Shown: positions 52,507-61,618 of the stretch, piece by piece
How the letters are laid out: every line of letters begins with the position of its first letter
Position numbering within the stretch: the first letter of the stretch is position 1
DNA from: a virus
Lineage: Duplodnaviria; Caudoviricetes
Virus record (IMG/VR): IMGVR_UViG_3300033074_002135
Span: 6,445-70,444 of that record
Length of the DNA stretch: 64,000 nucleotides
Direction: 5' to 3' (one strand)
Made by a program: the position numbers and the translations under genes
Notes under the pieces: generated by a model
What the model was told of the DNA's origin: nothing
The model's input: the letters and a program-made list of their open reading frames with translations, nothing else
The model's database searches: none

Positions 52507-54905
52507 GGTTCGTCTTCCTCATCGAGCCCCGAGTAGTCGGACTCGCGCGGTTCGGGGTCCTCGTCCTCCGCGTCCAGCGCCCCGCTCTCGTCCTCGGACG
52601 GGCGCTCCGGCACCTCGGGAGGGGTCGGGAGCTCTCCGGCCGCGTCCGGGGCGCTGGGCGGCTCTGGGAGGGCGTCGCCGGGCGGCTCGGCGGCGGGCGC
52701 CTCCCCCTCGACCCCGACGGCCGGGACGAAGCTCGGGTCGCCGAGGACGGCCTCGGCCTCTGCCGCAGAGAGGCCGAAGGCGGTCTGGAGGATCGCCTTG
52801 CCGGACTCACGCGAGAGGAGGCGCTGAGCGACCTTCTCGACGATGCCCGCGAGGGCGGTGACCTGCGCACCGTTGAGCGCGGTCTTCTGGATCTCTTCGG
52901 TCTCGCCGCCCTCGACACCGGCGCTCCCGAGCATCCGGGCGATCGCGCCATCGTCGAAGACCGGGAAGGCGACGCGGATCATCTCGGTGGCGGCGGCAGT
53001 GGGGAGCTCGCCGTTGAACACCTTGCTGACCAGAGCCAGCAACTCCTTGAGCTCCGACGGTTCGAGGCGTGCGGGTGCTTCCTCGGGAGCGCTCGCTTCC
53101 TCGAGGCCCTGGACCAGCGGGTCCACGAGCTCGCTGGCGAGCGCCTCGAGCTCTTCGTCCGAGGGCTGATCCTCGAAGTCGTCGAGCGGCACGTCGTAGC
53201 CGTCGAGCATGTCGACGCCCTCGAGCTCTGCGGCAAGCGCCGGGTCGACCTCGTCGATCTCCTCGTCTTCCATCGGCGCACCGGTGTCGTAGCCGCCCAT
53301 CGCCGAGTCGAGTTCTTCCTGCTGCGCCGCCTGGAGCTTCTCCACGAGCTCGGCGACGTCCTCGATCTTGAAATACTCGGCGATGAAGCGCACCGCATGC
53401 TCGAGGTCGACGATGCCGAAGTTCATCGCCTGCCCCGCCGCGCTCACCGCCGCGTTGATATCGTCGAGGCCGGGCTCGTACCAGTCAGGCCAGTCGAGCT
53501 CGAGGAGTTCGCCCGCGCCGAGCTTGCGCTTCTCACCGGTCTTCTTGTTCGGCGGCAGCTTCACCACGCGTCGCATGATCCGAGCGACGCCGTTCTCCTC
53601 CACGGCCTGCGGACGGTCGAGCATGCGCGCCGCCTTCAGCACCATCTGCAACAGGCGCTTCACGCCGCGCTCGCCGTACTGCTCACGCAACAGACCCGCT
53701 TGCTCGAGCATGTTGGCGTAGTTCTGATCGACTTCCTTCTCGGTGCGGGCGGGGCCGCCGAAGTTGTCCTCGAGCACGCAGCGGCACAGACGCAGTGCCC
53801 GCGACTCGAGTAGCTCGGCCTGCTCCATCGCCGCCTTCGGGCCCGTGCCGTTGATCTCGAGGTAGCTGACCTGCCCGCCGACGCTCGTTTGGATCGCGTT
53901 GTCGGAGCCCTTGCGCAGCCCCGAAGGGACCTCGTCGTCGGTCGCGATGTGCAGCGTCGGATCGCAGTTGGAGAGGATCCCTCGGTTGGACTGAGAGATC
54001 AGACTGTCGATGGTCTCGATGAGGTCGAAGGCGCCGTGGCAGTCAGGATCGCCGTCGATGTCGTCCTGCACCTCGTTGTTCTGGATCCAGACGACGGGCA
54101 CGAAGCCGAAGTTGTGCTCCGACGTGAGCGCTTGGAAGTCCTGCCAGCGCGGCTCGCCCTGCTCGTGCTCCGCCGGCACGCGCGGCCACACGACGTCCTT
54201 CGTCTTGTCGATGACACGCCGGTACCAGAACCACATCTCGCGGCGCTCGCCGCTGTTCGGGTCGATGATCGTGTCCTTGTACTGGTAGCGCTTCTCGAAG
54301 CGCCGAAGGATGAGCTCTTCGCGATCCTCGAAGACCGGGATGCACCAGCGCGGGTCGTGGACCTGCACGCGGGGCTCGCCGTCCTTGAAGACGAAGCCGA
54401 TCGCGACCGAGCCCATCGCTCCGCCGTACGTCCGCGCGAGCGTCATCTTCGACCACAGGCGCGTCGCCTCGCAGAACCCCGTGATCCAATCGTCCGTGTC
54501 AGGGTCGTCGCTCACGATCGTGTTGGGGTGCTTCTTGTCGCCGAAGAGCAGGCCGTTGAAGCGGCTGACGACCGCCTTCGCCAAGTAGAAGGGCGCGTCG
54601 GGCTTGCGGAAGCGCAGCGGGAGCTGCGAGCCGCTGGCCTCGTAGAAGCCCGGCGGCGTGAAGCCGCTCGTGACGATCGTCTCAGCCTCGAGGTGATCGA
54701 CCACCGGCGAGCCGTCCCACGCAGTCTTGCGACTCTCGTAGTTCGTGCAGCGGAAGAAGGTCCACAGACGGTTCAGCTCGAGCTGCCTCGCCGACAGAGG
54801 GCCGTACGGGACGCCGCTCTCTGCCTTGTCGTTGCTGCCCTGCCCTCCGCCGCCCCGCAGGAGTCGACCGATCTCACCCACACCGTTGACCGTGCCGCTG
54901 CTCAT
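52503..54905 (-). CDS. Portal protein (SPP1/A118-like) with long acidic C-terminal extension
   Basis: Directly after terL; HNFGFVPVVWIQN, LIETIDSLISQ..CDPTLHI. Confidence 0.9.
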   Translation of the reverse strand: MSSGTVNGVGEIGRLLRGGGGQGSNDKAESGVPYGPLSARQLELNRLWTFFRCTNYESRKTAWDGSPVVDHLEAETIVTSGFTPPGFYEASGSQLPLRFRKPDAPFYLAKAVVSRFNGLLFGDKKHPNTIVSDDPDTDDWITGFCEATRLWSKMTLARTYGGAMGSVAIGFVFKDGEPRVQVHDPRWCIPVFEDREELILRRFEKRYQYKDTIIDPNSGERREMWFWYRRVIDKTKDVVWPRVPAEHEQGEPRWQDFQALTSEHNFGFVPVVWIQNNEVQDDIDGDPDCHGAFDLIETIDSLISQSNRGILSNCDPTLHIATDDEVPSGLRKGSDNAIQTSVGGQVSYLEINGTGPKAAMEQAELLESRALRLCRCVLEDNFGGPARTEKEVDQNYANMLEQAGLLREQYGERGVKRLLQMVLKAARMLDRPQAVEENGVARIMRRVVKLPPNKKTGEKRKLGAGELLELDWPDWYEPGLDDINAAVSAAGQAMNFGIVDLEHAVRFIAEYFKIEDVAELVEKLQAAQQEELDSAMGGYDTGAPMEDEEIDEVDPALAAELEGVDMLDGYDVPLDDFEDQPSDEELEALASELVDPLVQGLEEASAPEEAPARLEPSELKELLALVSKVFNGELPTAAATEMIRVAFPVFDDGAIARMLGSAGVEGGETEEIQKTALNGAQVTALAGIVEKVAQRLLSRESGKAILQTAFGLSAAEAEAVLGDPSFVPAVGVEGEAPAAEPPGDALPEPPSAPDAAGELPTPPEVPERPSEDESGALDAEDEDPEPRESDYSGLDEEDEP

Positions 54906-54913
54906 AGATCGCC

Positions 54914-56437
54914 TCACCTCGACATCGTATCGATTCGGTACGTTCTAGCACGCTTCTTCGGCGGCTGTCGTGCGCCCTCGCGAGCGAACCACATCGACAT
55001 CAAGTGGTCGGCCGTGTGCTGCTGCGGGTCGTAGTAGAGCATCCCGGTCACCAGTGCATCGAGCTCGCGGCTCGCGGGCTTGCCGTTCTTCGACGGGATG
55101 ATCCACTTGCCGTTCGCCATCTCAGTCGCCAAGGACTCGATGCCGAACTCGACGTTCGACTTGTTGCGCCCCGTCGTGAACGGCCGCACCGGGACCGCCG
55201 ACAGGTCCTTCGTGAAGTCGACGATGTACTGCTGTGCTGCGTTGTTCTCGACGATGATGATCGAGCCGTAGCGCCGGTGGGTGTCGATGATGCGGTCGAC
55301 GATCTCGCGCGCTGCCCAGCGGCCGCTCTCCACCCAGAGGATCTCGCGGTCCTCGTTGGGGTGCACGAGGATGGTCGTCAGTACGGTGCGGTCTGAGCCG
55401 CGCTTCTGGCGCACGCCGAGGTCGACGCCTGTGAGGACCGCGAAGCCCGGCGGGATCGCGTTGAGCGCGAACGCGGGGTCGTAGCCGTCGCCCCGCCGCA
55501 GCGCGATGTCGATCCACTCGCGTTTGAAGCGGCTCGAGCTCTCGTCCCGTGGGATGCACAACAGCAGTCGTGCGAACTCGTGCGCCAGCAGGCGCGAGCG
55601 CGCCTCCTCGATACGATCGAGCGGCCAACGCTCCGGCCACGTGCTCTCGCCGTTGACGATCACCGGAAACTTGCGCCACTTGTACTCGCCGGTCTGGGCG
55701 AGGTCGTGCATCAGATCCTCGGGGTGGAAGGCGTTGCCGAGGATGCGCACGCGGGCTGAGCGCGTGAGACGGCTCATCGGAACACCGTAGTACCAGTCCT
55801 TGACCTTCTGCCGCTTCTGCGGCGTCGATGTGTTCTCGAGCGTCAGCAAGTCGTCGCCGATGAAGCGGTCGGTACGCGAGCCGGTGAGCGACGCGGTGCC
55901 GACCGACACCGATTGCATCGTGGGGTCCTTCGGCGTGCCTCGCCGGCCTGGGATGTCGACCGCAATCGCCGACTCGGACCAGATGGCGCCCGGCTTGATC
56001 TCGGGGAAGACATCGCGGTACGGGCCCGGCTTCTCGATGTGCCGGCGCACGGCTCCAACGATGCGGTTCGCGTAGCGCATCGACGCAGCGCCGACGACGG
56101 TGCGGAGGCGCGGGTTGTTGCCGATCTCCCACAGCGTGTGGCCGATAGCGAGCTGCTGCGTCTTCCCGCTCTCGATGTGCCCCCAGACGATCAGCTTGTC
56201 GTTCTCGACGGCGAGGTGCTGGAAGGTCTCGTGCAGCGGCGCCTGCGTGATCGGCCCGCCGGTCTCTTCGTCGCGCAGCACCAGCTCGCAGAGCTCGTTC
56301 GGATCCTTGCGCGCGAGCGTCACGCGGTGCCAGTAGAGCTCGGTGCGCAGCTCTTCCGCGCGCTCGGGGTTGCCCTTCACCCACTCGGCGAGGTCAGGCA
56401 GCGACATCGAGCGCAGGTCATCGAGGTGCATCGCCAT
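54914..56437 (-). CDS. terL: Terminase large subunit
   Basis: Walker A-like HIESGKT, Walker B FIGDDL, nuclease GVDLG and HTADHLMSMW. Confidence 0.92.
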   Translation of the reverse strand: MAMHLDDLRSMSLPDLAEWVKGNPERAEELRTELYWHRVTLARKDPNELCELVLRDEETGGPITQAPLHETFQHLAVENDKLIVWGHIESGKTQQLAIGHTLWEIGNNPRLRTVVGAASMRYANRIVGAVRRHIEKPGPYRDVFPEIKPGAIWSESAIAVDIPGRRGTPKDPTMQSVSVGTASLTGSRTDRFIGDDLLTLENTSTPQKRQKVKDWYYGVPMSRLTRSARVRILGNAFHPEDLMHDLAQTGEYKWRKFPVIVNGESTWPERWPLDRIEEARSRLLAHEFARLLLCIPRDESSSRFKREWIDIALRRGDGYDPAFALNAIPPGFAVLTGVDLGVRQKRGSDRTVLTTILVHPNEDREILWVESGRWAAREIVDRIIDTHRRYGSIIIVENNAAQQYIVDFTKDLSAVPVRPFTTGRNKSNVEFGIESLATEMANGKWIIPSKNGKPASRELDALVTGMLYYDPQQHTADHLMSMWFAREGARQPPKKRARTYRIDTMSR

Positions 56438-57198
56438 CAGCGCGCCTTCTTCCGAGAGATCGGAACGACCTCTGCTTCCTCTTCCTCGAACGCATCGTCG
56501 GGGAGGTCGACGACGAAGGTGCCGTCCGCTCCCTGGACGAGCGAGCTCGCCGTCACCTTGTGCTGCTGAAGCGCGCGGCGGAGCGAACGGTCGATCGACT
56601 GAAGCTCGACAGCGATCTCCTCGGGAGTCGCACTGTCGGTGCCGGTGATGCCGAGGATCTGGGTTGGTTCGCCGACGCGCAGTCGCTCGAGCTCGAAGGC
56701 AGCTTTGATCGCCTCGTTCCCCTGCCGCACGATGTACGCGGCGTCGCCGAGCATCTTCGCCATCTCGCGAGGCTTCAGGTCACCGCCGTCGACCAGCGAC
56801 TCCTGCAGCTTCTTCGTCAGAGGCAGCATCGAGCGCATCAGCCCTTGGATGAGAGCTCCCGCTGCGATGCTGTTCGCGCGTGCGATGGTCGATGCCTGGG
56901 CCTCTTCTCCGGCCGCTCTGGCCGCATCGTCTCTCGCCTTCTTCCGATCTCGGAGCTGTTGATCGCGCTCCTGCTCCTGCAGCTTGGCGCGCTCGATGCG
57001 GGCGAGCTCCATCTCTTGCCGGATGACTTCTCGGATCGCTGGAGCCCATGAGTAGCCCCATCCCTGCCTCCACGCGCGGCGGGCGGTTCTCGGGTCGCAT
57101 CCGGCGACTCTGCCTGCGTTGGTCGCGTTCCCCGGCGCTTCCCGGAAGCCTGCGAGCAGCAGGTCGTAGAGCTCTTTCGTGTACTTCCTTCGGGCCAC
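56437..57198 (-). CDS. terS: Terminase small subunit (N-terminal HTH)
   Basis: GNATNAGRVAGCDPRTARRAW HTH; TGATG-coupled to terL. Confidence 0.75.
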   Translation of the reverse strand: MARRKYTKELYDLLLAGFREAPGNATNAGRVAGCDPRTARRAWRQGWGYSWAPAIREVIRQEMELARIERAKLQEQERDQQLRDRKKARDDAARAAGEEAQASTIARANSIAAGALIQGLMRSMLPLTKKLQESLVDGGDLKPREMAKMLGDAAYIVRQGNEAIKAAFELERLRVGEPTQILGITGTDSATPEEIAVELQSIDRSLRRALQQHKVTASSLVQGADGTFVVDLPDDAFEEEEAEVVPISRKKAR

Positions 57199-57238
57199 TG
57201 AGCTACACCTTCGCTTCGAGCTACGGTTTACGCACGCC

Positions 57239-57466
57239 TCAGTCGAGGTCGATGACGACTTCGACCGTCTCTTCTCGGATCGAGCTACGCTTCGTGCGTT
57301 CGACCTCGAGCCGATACTCGAGCACAGCCTCCGCCATCAGACCTCGAATCAGGTCTGCCGCCGAGAGCCTACGAGCGGCTGCAACCTTTGCGAAGTCTGC
57401 CCAGAGGCGGTCGTTGTACCGGATAGGCCGTGGAGTCGACCGGCCCTTCTCGTAGCGATCCTGCAT
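57239..57466 (-). CDS. Ribbon-helix-helix (CopG/Arc-like) regulator
   Basis: PRPIRYNDRLWADFAKVAAARRLSAADLIRGLMAE strand-helix-helix pattern. Confidence 0.75.
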   Translation of the reverse strand: MQDRYEKGRSTPRPIRYNDRLWADFAKVAAARRLSAADLIRGLMAEAVLEYRLEVERTKRSSIREETVEVVIDLD

Positions 57467-57477
57467 GACGGTTGAAG

Positions 57478-57506
57478 AAGCTACACTGTAGCTCCGTCGG
57501 TCGCAA
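57478..57506 (-). promoter_or_regulatory. Sigma70-type promoter overlapped by palindromic operator
   Basis: Minus strand TTGCGA-17 nt-TAGCTT; palindrome AGCTACA-C-TGTAGCT at 57479-57493. Confidence 0.7.
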
Positions 57507-57507
57507 G

Positions 57508-57546
57508 GAATACGAAGAAGCCCCGGCCGGGTGGACGGGGCTTCTT
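57508..57546 (-). terminator. Intrinsic terminator ending the upstream small-gene operon
   Basis: 11-bp stem AAGAAGCCCCG/CGGGGCTTCTT with U-rich 3' side on the minus strand. Confidence 0.7.
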
Positions 57547-57572
57547 GCGTCTGTTCTTCGGGTCTGTTGCGA

Positions 57573-57746
57573 TCAGTCGTCTTCTTCGGCGTCGCTCTTG
57601 AGGCCCTCGAGGTCCATCTCGAGCATCGAGACGATGTTCTCGAGGAAGTCGCGCGAGACGTGCATCGGAACCTTCGAGTCCATCAGCGGGTGCGTGCGGA
57701 TGCGCTCGTTCACGAGATCTTCGGCGGCCTTCTCTGCGTTCTCCAT
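57573..57746 (-). CDS. Small acidic protein (57 aa)
   Basis: AAGGAG RBS before ATG 57746. Confidence 0.7.
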   Translation of the reverse strand: MENAEKAAEDLVNERIRTHPLMDSKVPMHVSRDFLENIVSMLEMDLEGLKSDAEEDD

Positions 57747-58075
57747 CAGCTCTCCTTGGTTTCGGGGCTCAGCCCGGTCCGTGATAGTCGTCCAGCACCG
57801 GCGGTTCGCCAGAGCGCAGCCCGTCGGTCTCCGGCACGCGAGCGCGCGGTGCGAAGGGTGGGCGAGGCATGAGATCGGTCCACACGCGGCACAGCGGACA
57901 CGCGAAGGGTGACGAATACGTCGGCCTGCTCCACGAGGAGCACGGCTCGCGCAGTTCTCCCGCGTCGGGTAGTCGAGCGCGGACGTCCGCACCCGCCGCC
58001 GCCGTTACCGCGGCCGGTGCAGATCTCTTCCTGCGCCCAGCCCTTCTGCGGACGACCTTCTTTGACCACCTTCAT
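57746..58075 (-). CDS. Small Zn-ribbon-type phage protein, possibly disrupted
   Basis: MKVVKEGRPQKGW..CTGRGNGGGGCG..AVLLVE; second CPLC pair lies in a different frame. Confidence 0.5.
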   Translation of the reverse strand: MKVVKEGRPQKGWAQEEICTGRGNGGGGCGRPRSTTRRGRTARAVLLVEQADVFVTLRVSAVPRVDRSHASPTLRTARSRAGDRRAALWRTAGAGRLSRTGLSPETKES

Positions 58076-58476
58076 CGGGAGAACTCCCGACTGACCTCTT
58101 CCACCTCGCGAAGCTGTGCGACGAGGCTGGCGACGTAGTCCTGCAGGCACGGCGAGCACTCGAGTAGCTCGTCGATCACTTCGCGGTCGGGCGCGACGCG
58201 CTTTGCCGGTACGTAGATCGCATAACTGAGCCGCTGGGTGGCGATCTCTCGCTGCCGCTTCTCGTACGCGTCCTCCGCTCGCCGTCGAGCGGCCTGTACC
58301 TCTTCGTAGTGGCCGTTGTCGGAGTAGCTATCGAGCTTGCTCGTGAGGTCGCAGCGCTCTTCTTCTTCCATCGGCGTCTCGTCGGGCTTCCTGTAGAGCT
58401 CGACTTCGCGCTGGGCCATCGACAAGAGATCGAGAGCCGTGTACTCGAGGGCGACGCTCTTCCGCTTCCTTCCCAT
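58072..58476 (-). CDS. Hypothetical protein (134 aa)
   Basis: ATG 58476; ATGA overlap downstream. Confidence 0.7.
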   Translation of the reverse strand: MGRKRKSVALEYTALDLLSMAQREVELYRKPDETPMEEEERCDLTSKLDSYSDNGHYEEVQAARRRAEDAYEKRQREIATQRLSYAIYVPAKRVAPDREVIDELLECSPCLQDYVASLVAQLREVEEVSREFSR

Positions 58477-58478
58477 CT

Positions 58479-59009
58479 TCAACCACCCTTCCCCTGCCCA
58501 CACGGGCAGCGCAGACCGCCGAACGCCGGATGCACCATCGCAGCGGGCTGCGAAGCCGGCGTGCGCCTGTGCTCGTCGAGCCGCTCCCTCAGCAAGCGGT
58601 TCTCGTCCTTGAGCCGCGCGTTCTCCTCGGCGAGCTGCTTCGCCTCCCAAGTGAGGGAGGCGACGTGCGCACACGCTTCGGAACTGAGGGCCGCGAGCTC
58701 GTCGACGATCGACGCCTTCGTCGGAACGACCGTCGGCTTGAGCACGGTGAGCTGGTGCTTCACGGCGGCCTCGCGCGCCTCGCGGCGACGAAGGCGCTCC
58801 GCCGTGAAGATATCCACGCCCTCTGCGTCGGGCTTGGCGAGCGCTTCGTCGATCGCCTGCGTGAGCTTGGCGAGCTCGGCAGCACGCGTGGGGCGCCACG
58901 TGGCCGCTGCGTCGAAATGCGGGTTCAGGACCAGGGAGAGGGTGCGCTCGAGCTCGTCTTCCTTCTCGAGCGCTCCCCGGATGTTGAATGCCCGCTTCTT
59001 ACTCGTCAT
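58479..59009 (-). CDS. Coiled-coil hypothetical protein (176 aa)
   Basis: ATGA-coupled start at 59009. Confidence 0.7.
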   Translation of the reverse strand: MTSKKRAFNIRGALEKEDELERTLSLVLNPHFDAAATWRPTRAAELAKLTQAIDEALAKPDAEGVDIFTAERLRRREAREAAVKHQLTVLKPTVVPTKASIVDELAALSSEACAHVASLTWEAKQLAEENARLKDENRLLRERLDEHRRTPASQPAAMVHPAFGGLRCPCGQGKGG

Positions 59010-59197
59010 CGATCCGCCCTCTCTTCCATCTTTCCGACCTTCAGTTCGAGATACGCGAGCGCCGCGATCAGCGCGGCGTACTCGGCCAAGGAGGCTCCCG
59101 AGTACACGACCACGAGCCACCACATGAAGGCGAGAAAGCCTCCGTGGATCAGCCAGCCCATGATGAACACGAGGAGGCTGCGATGGTGTCGCTTCAC
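59006..59197 (-). CDS. Small membrane protein (2 TM)
   Basis: GTGA-coupled; hydrophobic. Confidence 0.6.
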   Translation of the reverse strand: MKRHHRSLLVFIMGWLIHGGFLAFMWWLVVVYSGASLAEYAALIAALAYLELKVGKMEERADR

Positions 59198-59379
59198 TGC
59201 TTCTTCTCCTTGGCGCGGGTCTTTGCTCGCTGCTCGAAGATGTTGACCGCTTTGATCCCACGAGCGATCACCGCATCCTGCTTCGCCTGCGCTTCGGGCA
59301 TGCTGCAGCGGATGCACTTGTCGCCGGGCAGGAAGCCGGGGTGCTTCGGGCACGACGGCAGAGGTGAGAGTCGCTTCAT
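59194..59379 (-). CDS. Small Cys/His protein (61 aa)
   Basis: CPKH..CIRC; ATGA coupling. Confidence 0.65.
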   Translation of the reverse strand: MKRLSPLPSCPKHPGFLPGDKCIRCSMPEAQAKQDAVIARGIKAVNIFEQRAKTRAKEKKQ

Positions 59380-59726
59380 CGGAGGCGTCCTTTGCGGGCG
59401 AGCGCGGCCGCTGCTCGGCGGTCACGCCGGTTGGGCTTCATCGGCGCCGGCCCGAAGCCGAGCTTCTGGGTCTTGGCGATCTGCTGGAGGATCTGGTCGA
59501 GAAGCTCGCCCTGCGCCGCTGGCGCCTTCTCCAGCGCCGTCCGGAGGGCTTCCCGGCGCTCAGCGTGCGCGGCGGCGAGCGTCGCCGCGTACTGCGCGCG
59601 CAGCCGCTCCTCGACGAGCTCGGGGTCGTTGGTGCGGGCGAGCTCTTTGCGCTCGAGCTCTTCGAGCGCGGTGAGCGCCACGCCGACCTCGACCGGAAGG
59701 CCCTCCGGAAGCTGGACCTCAGTCAC
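59376..59726 (-). CDS. Hypothetical protein with NRRDRR motif
   Basis: GTGA-coupled, AGGAG RBS. Confidence 0.65.
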   Translation of the reverse strand: MTEVQLPEGLPVEVGVALTALEELERKELARTNDPELVEERLRAQYAATLAAAHAERREALRTALEKAPAAQGELLDQILQQIAKTQKLGFGPAPMKPNRRDRRAAAALARKGRLR

Positions 59727-60118
59727 GAGAGCTCTCCTACGATCGCCGGCAGCGCGCCGAGCGTGGTGAGGACGTGCTTCTCGACCGCGTCGAGTTGCGC
59801 GTCCGCTTCGATGACCTCGAGCCGCGCTTCGTAGCTCTCGGGCTGCGCGCGCAGGAGCCGCGCTGCCGTGAGGACTTCGACACGAGCTTCGGCTAGCTGC
59901 TTCAGGCCGCGCTCGATCTCCAGAGAGCGCACCGCTGCGTGTTTGTGGTTGAAGACCTGAGTGCTCGAGCGCGTGACGACCGCGCTGCTCTGCGTGAGTC
60001 GCACGGACACCTGCCAGACGGGCGGCGGCGGCGGGTAGGAGATCTGCACGACCACGCCGCGGTGGACGGCATCTTCGACCACCACCCACACGACATCAGC
60101 GAGCTGTACCTCGTTCAT
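59723..60118 (-). CDS. Hypothetical protein (131 aa)
   Basis: GGAGG RBS; ATGA coupling. Confidence 0.65.
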   Translation of the reverse strand: MNEVQLADVVWVVVEDAVHRGVVVQISYPPPPPVWQVSVRLTQSSAVVTRSSTQVFNHKHAAVRSLEIERGLKQLAEARVEVLTAARLLRAQPESYEARLEVIEADAQLDAVEKHVLTTLGALPAIVGELS

Positions 60119-60402
60119 TGCTTCACCTCCGACACACGGTACTGCTGCCCGTCGTAACCGATCCCGCACGGCTCAACGAGGCCGAGCAGCCACAGCGCTC
60201 TCAACGTCCGCTCGGTGCCTTGGACAAGCGGTCTGCGCTGCGCGCCTTCGAGCCTGTAGAACGGGGTCTTTGCAGCCTCCGGACGCGCCTCATATCGCTT
60301 GATCGCAAGCGACCCAGCGGCGGTTGCCGGGTTCTCCCGCAAGAGCTCGAGCACCTCTTGCTGAGCCTTCGTGAGCTTCCGGTCCTTCAGCGTAAGCCGC
60401 AT
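60115..60402 (-). CDS. Hypothetical protein (95 aa, possible wHTH)
   Basis: LTKAQQEVLELL start; TGATG coupling. Confidence 0.6.
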   Translation of the reverse strand: MRLTLKDRKLTKAQQEVLELLRENPATAAGSLAIKRYEARPEAAKTPFYRLEGAQRRPLVQGTERTLRALWLLGLVEPCGIGYDGQQYRVSEVKQ

Positions 60403-60641
60403 CAGGCGCCTCCTCCCAGCTCCGCCAAGGTCACCGTGCGTCGCACGGCGCACCCGGCGTCCTGGCGCTCGAGGACCGCCTGGCGGTGCCCCAGCGCCTC
60501 GAAGACGTCCACGACGGCCCACTCGTGGCCGGCGTAGAACACGCGGCGCAGAGCGGCGCCTGCTCGGCGCGCGGCGTCGCCCTGCGTGCGGCCGTTGTCG
60601 CGGCTCGCGGCGTAGAGCTTCGCGAAGAGCTCGAGGCTCAC
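60402..60641 (-). CDS. Hypothetical protein (79 aa)
   Basis: GTGA coupling. Confidence 0.65.
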   Translation of the reverse strand: MSLELFAKLYAASRDNGRTQGDAARRAGAALRRVFYAGHEWAVVDVFEALGHRQAVLERQDAGCAVRRTVTLAELGGGA

Positions 60642-60850
60642 GCCACTTCCTCAGCGAGCTCGACCGCGAGGTCGACGAGGTCTCGAGCGTCGATCACGCG
60701 CGCCGCGACGTTCGCCCACTTGCGGCGCTCCTCGGAAGGAAGGTGCGTCCACTCCGTCTCGTCCTCGACGGCGATGACGCCCTCGCGCGCAGCAGCGACC
60801 CAGATCGCTCGCGCCATGATGTCGATCAGATTCTTCTCGGACAGATGCAT
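60638..60850 (-). CDS. Hypothetical protein (70 aa)
   Basis: GAGG RBS; ARAIW..W..L..EER..W..A motif. Confidence 0.65.
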   Translation of the reverse strand: MHLSEKNLIDIMARAIWVAAAREGVIAVEDETEWTHLPSEERRKWANVAARVIDARDLVDLAVELAEEVA

Positions 60851-60861
60851 ACTCGATCTCC

Positions 60862-61077
60862 TCACCACGGTTGCGGGCGCACGGTGCGCAGCAGCTCGAT
60901 CGTGCCCGTGGTCTTGTTGTAGCGCGCCTTGCAGTACGCCTTGGGGACGTTGCCGATCATGCGCGCGATGCTCTCGACGACCGCAGGCTCGTCCAGCTCA
61001 ACGACGATGGAGCGCGCCTCGTTGTAGATCAGCACGCGCCCCGCGGGCTCGAGGCTCAGTTGCACTTTCACGATCAC
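60862..61077 (-). CDS. Phage hypothetical protein (IVKVQ..LIYNEARS)
   Basis: GAGGAG RBS, GTGA coupling. Confidence 0.7.
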   Translation of the reverse strand: MIVKVQLSLEPAGRVLIYNEARSIVVELDEPAVVESIARMIGNVPKAYCKARYNKTTGTIELLRTVRPQPW

Positions 61078-61376
61078 CGGTCTCGCTCCTCGGCCTGAAT
61101 CCACAACGCCGCATCGAGCAACGCTTGACTGTCCGGGCACACCGTTTGCGGCCGCGTGATGTACGCGTGCGCAACCACGCTCCCTGCAATGATCGCACAG
61201 AGCAGGATGACTACGAGTGCCGTCATGCGGTAGTGCACGCGCCTCGTCACCTCGCTCGGAGCGGGCTCGGGGTCCAAGGCGTCGACCCGACTCTCGAGCG
61301 AGTCGACCGCAAGCTCGAGAGCTCGCAAGCGCCCTTCGATTCGATCTGAACCGCGGTACGGGTCGGTCGCGGTCAT
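61074..61376 (-). CDS. Coiled-coil plus TM protein (100 aa)
   Basis: ATGA coupling; one hydrophobic segment. Confidence 0.65.
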   Translation of the reverse strand: MTATDPYRGSDRIEGRLRALELAVDSLESRVDALDPEPAPSEVTRRVHYRMTALVVILLCAIIAGSVVAHAYITRPQTVCPDSQALLDAALWIQAEERDR

Positions 61377-61618
61377 CGCGATCTCCCGACTCGGATGGTG
61401 ACCTCGAGCGCGCCGTCTTCCTCTTCACGCCGGCGTTGGAGCTCGTCGGTGAGGTAAGCGACGAGCTCGTCGTCGAGCTCGTGCGCGCGCACGAAGTTGA
61501 GCAGCAGCTCGTGGACCTCGATGGTGTTGGCCTCGAACCGGCTGCGCAGACGCGCGATGCGCTTTTCGAGCGCCACCCGAGGGATCTCGGGCAGTTCGAG
61601 CTGCGGGCCGCCCGCCAT
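61373..61618 (-). CDS. Hypothetical protein (81 aa)
   Basis: TGATG coupling to queE. Confidence 0.65.
   Translation of the reverse strand: MAGGPQLELPEIPRVALEKRIARLRSRFEANTIEVHELLLNFVRAHELDDELVAYLTDELQRRREEEDGALEVTIRVGRSR

Noticed and set aside
54914-56437. Non-canonical Walker A (HIESGKT) as a sign of inactive terminase
   Set aside because: GKT, Walker B and nuclease aspartates are retained and terminase P-loops vary widely
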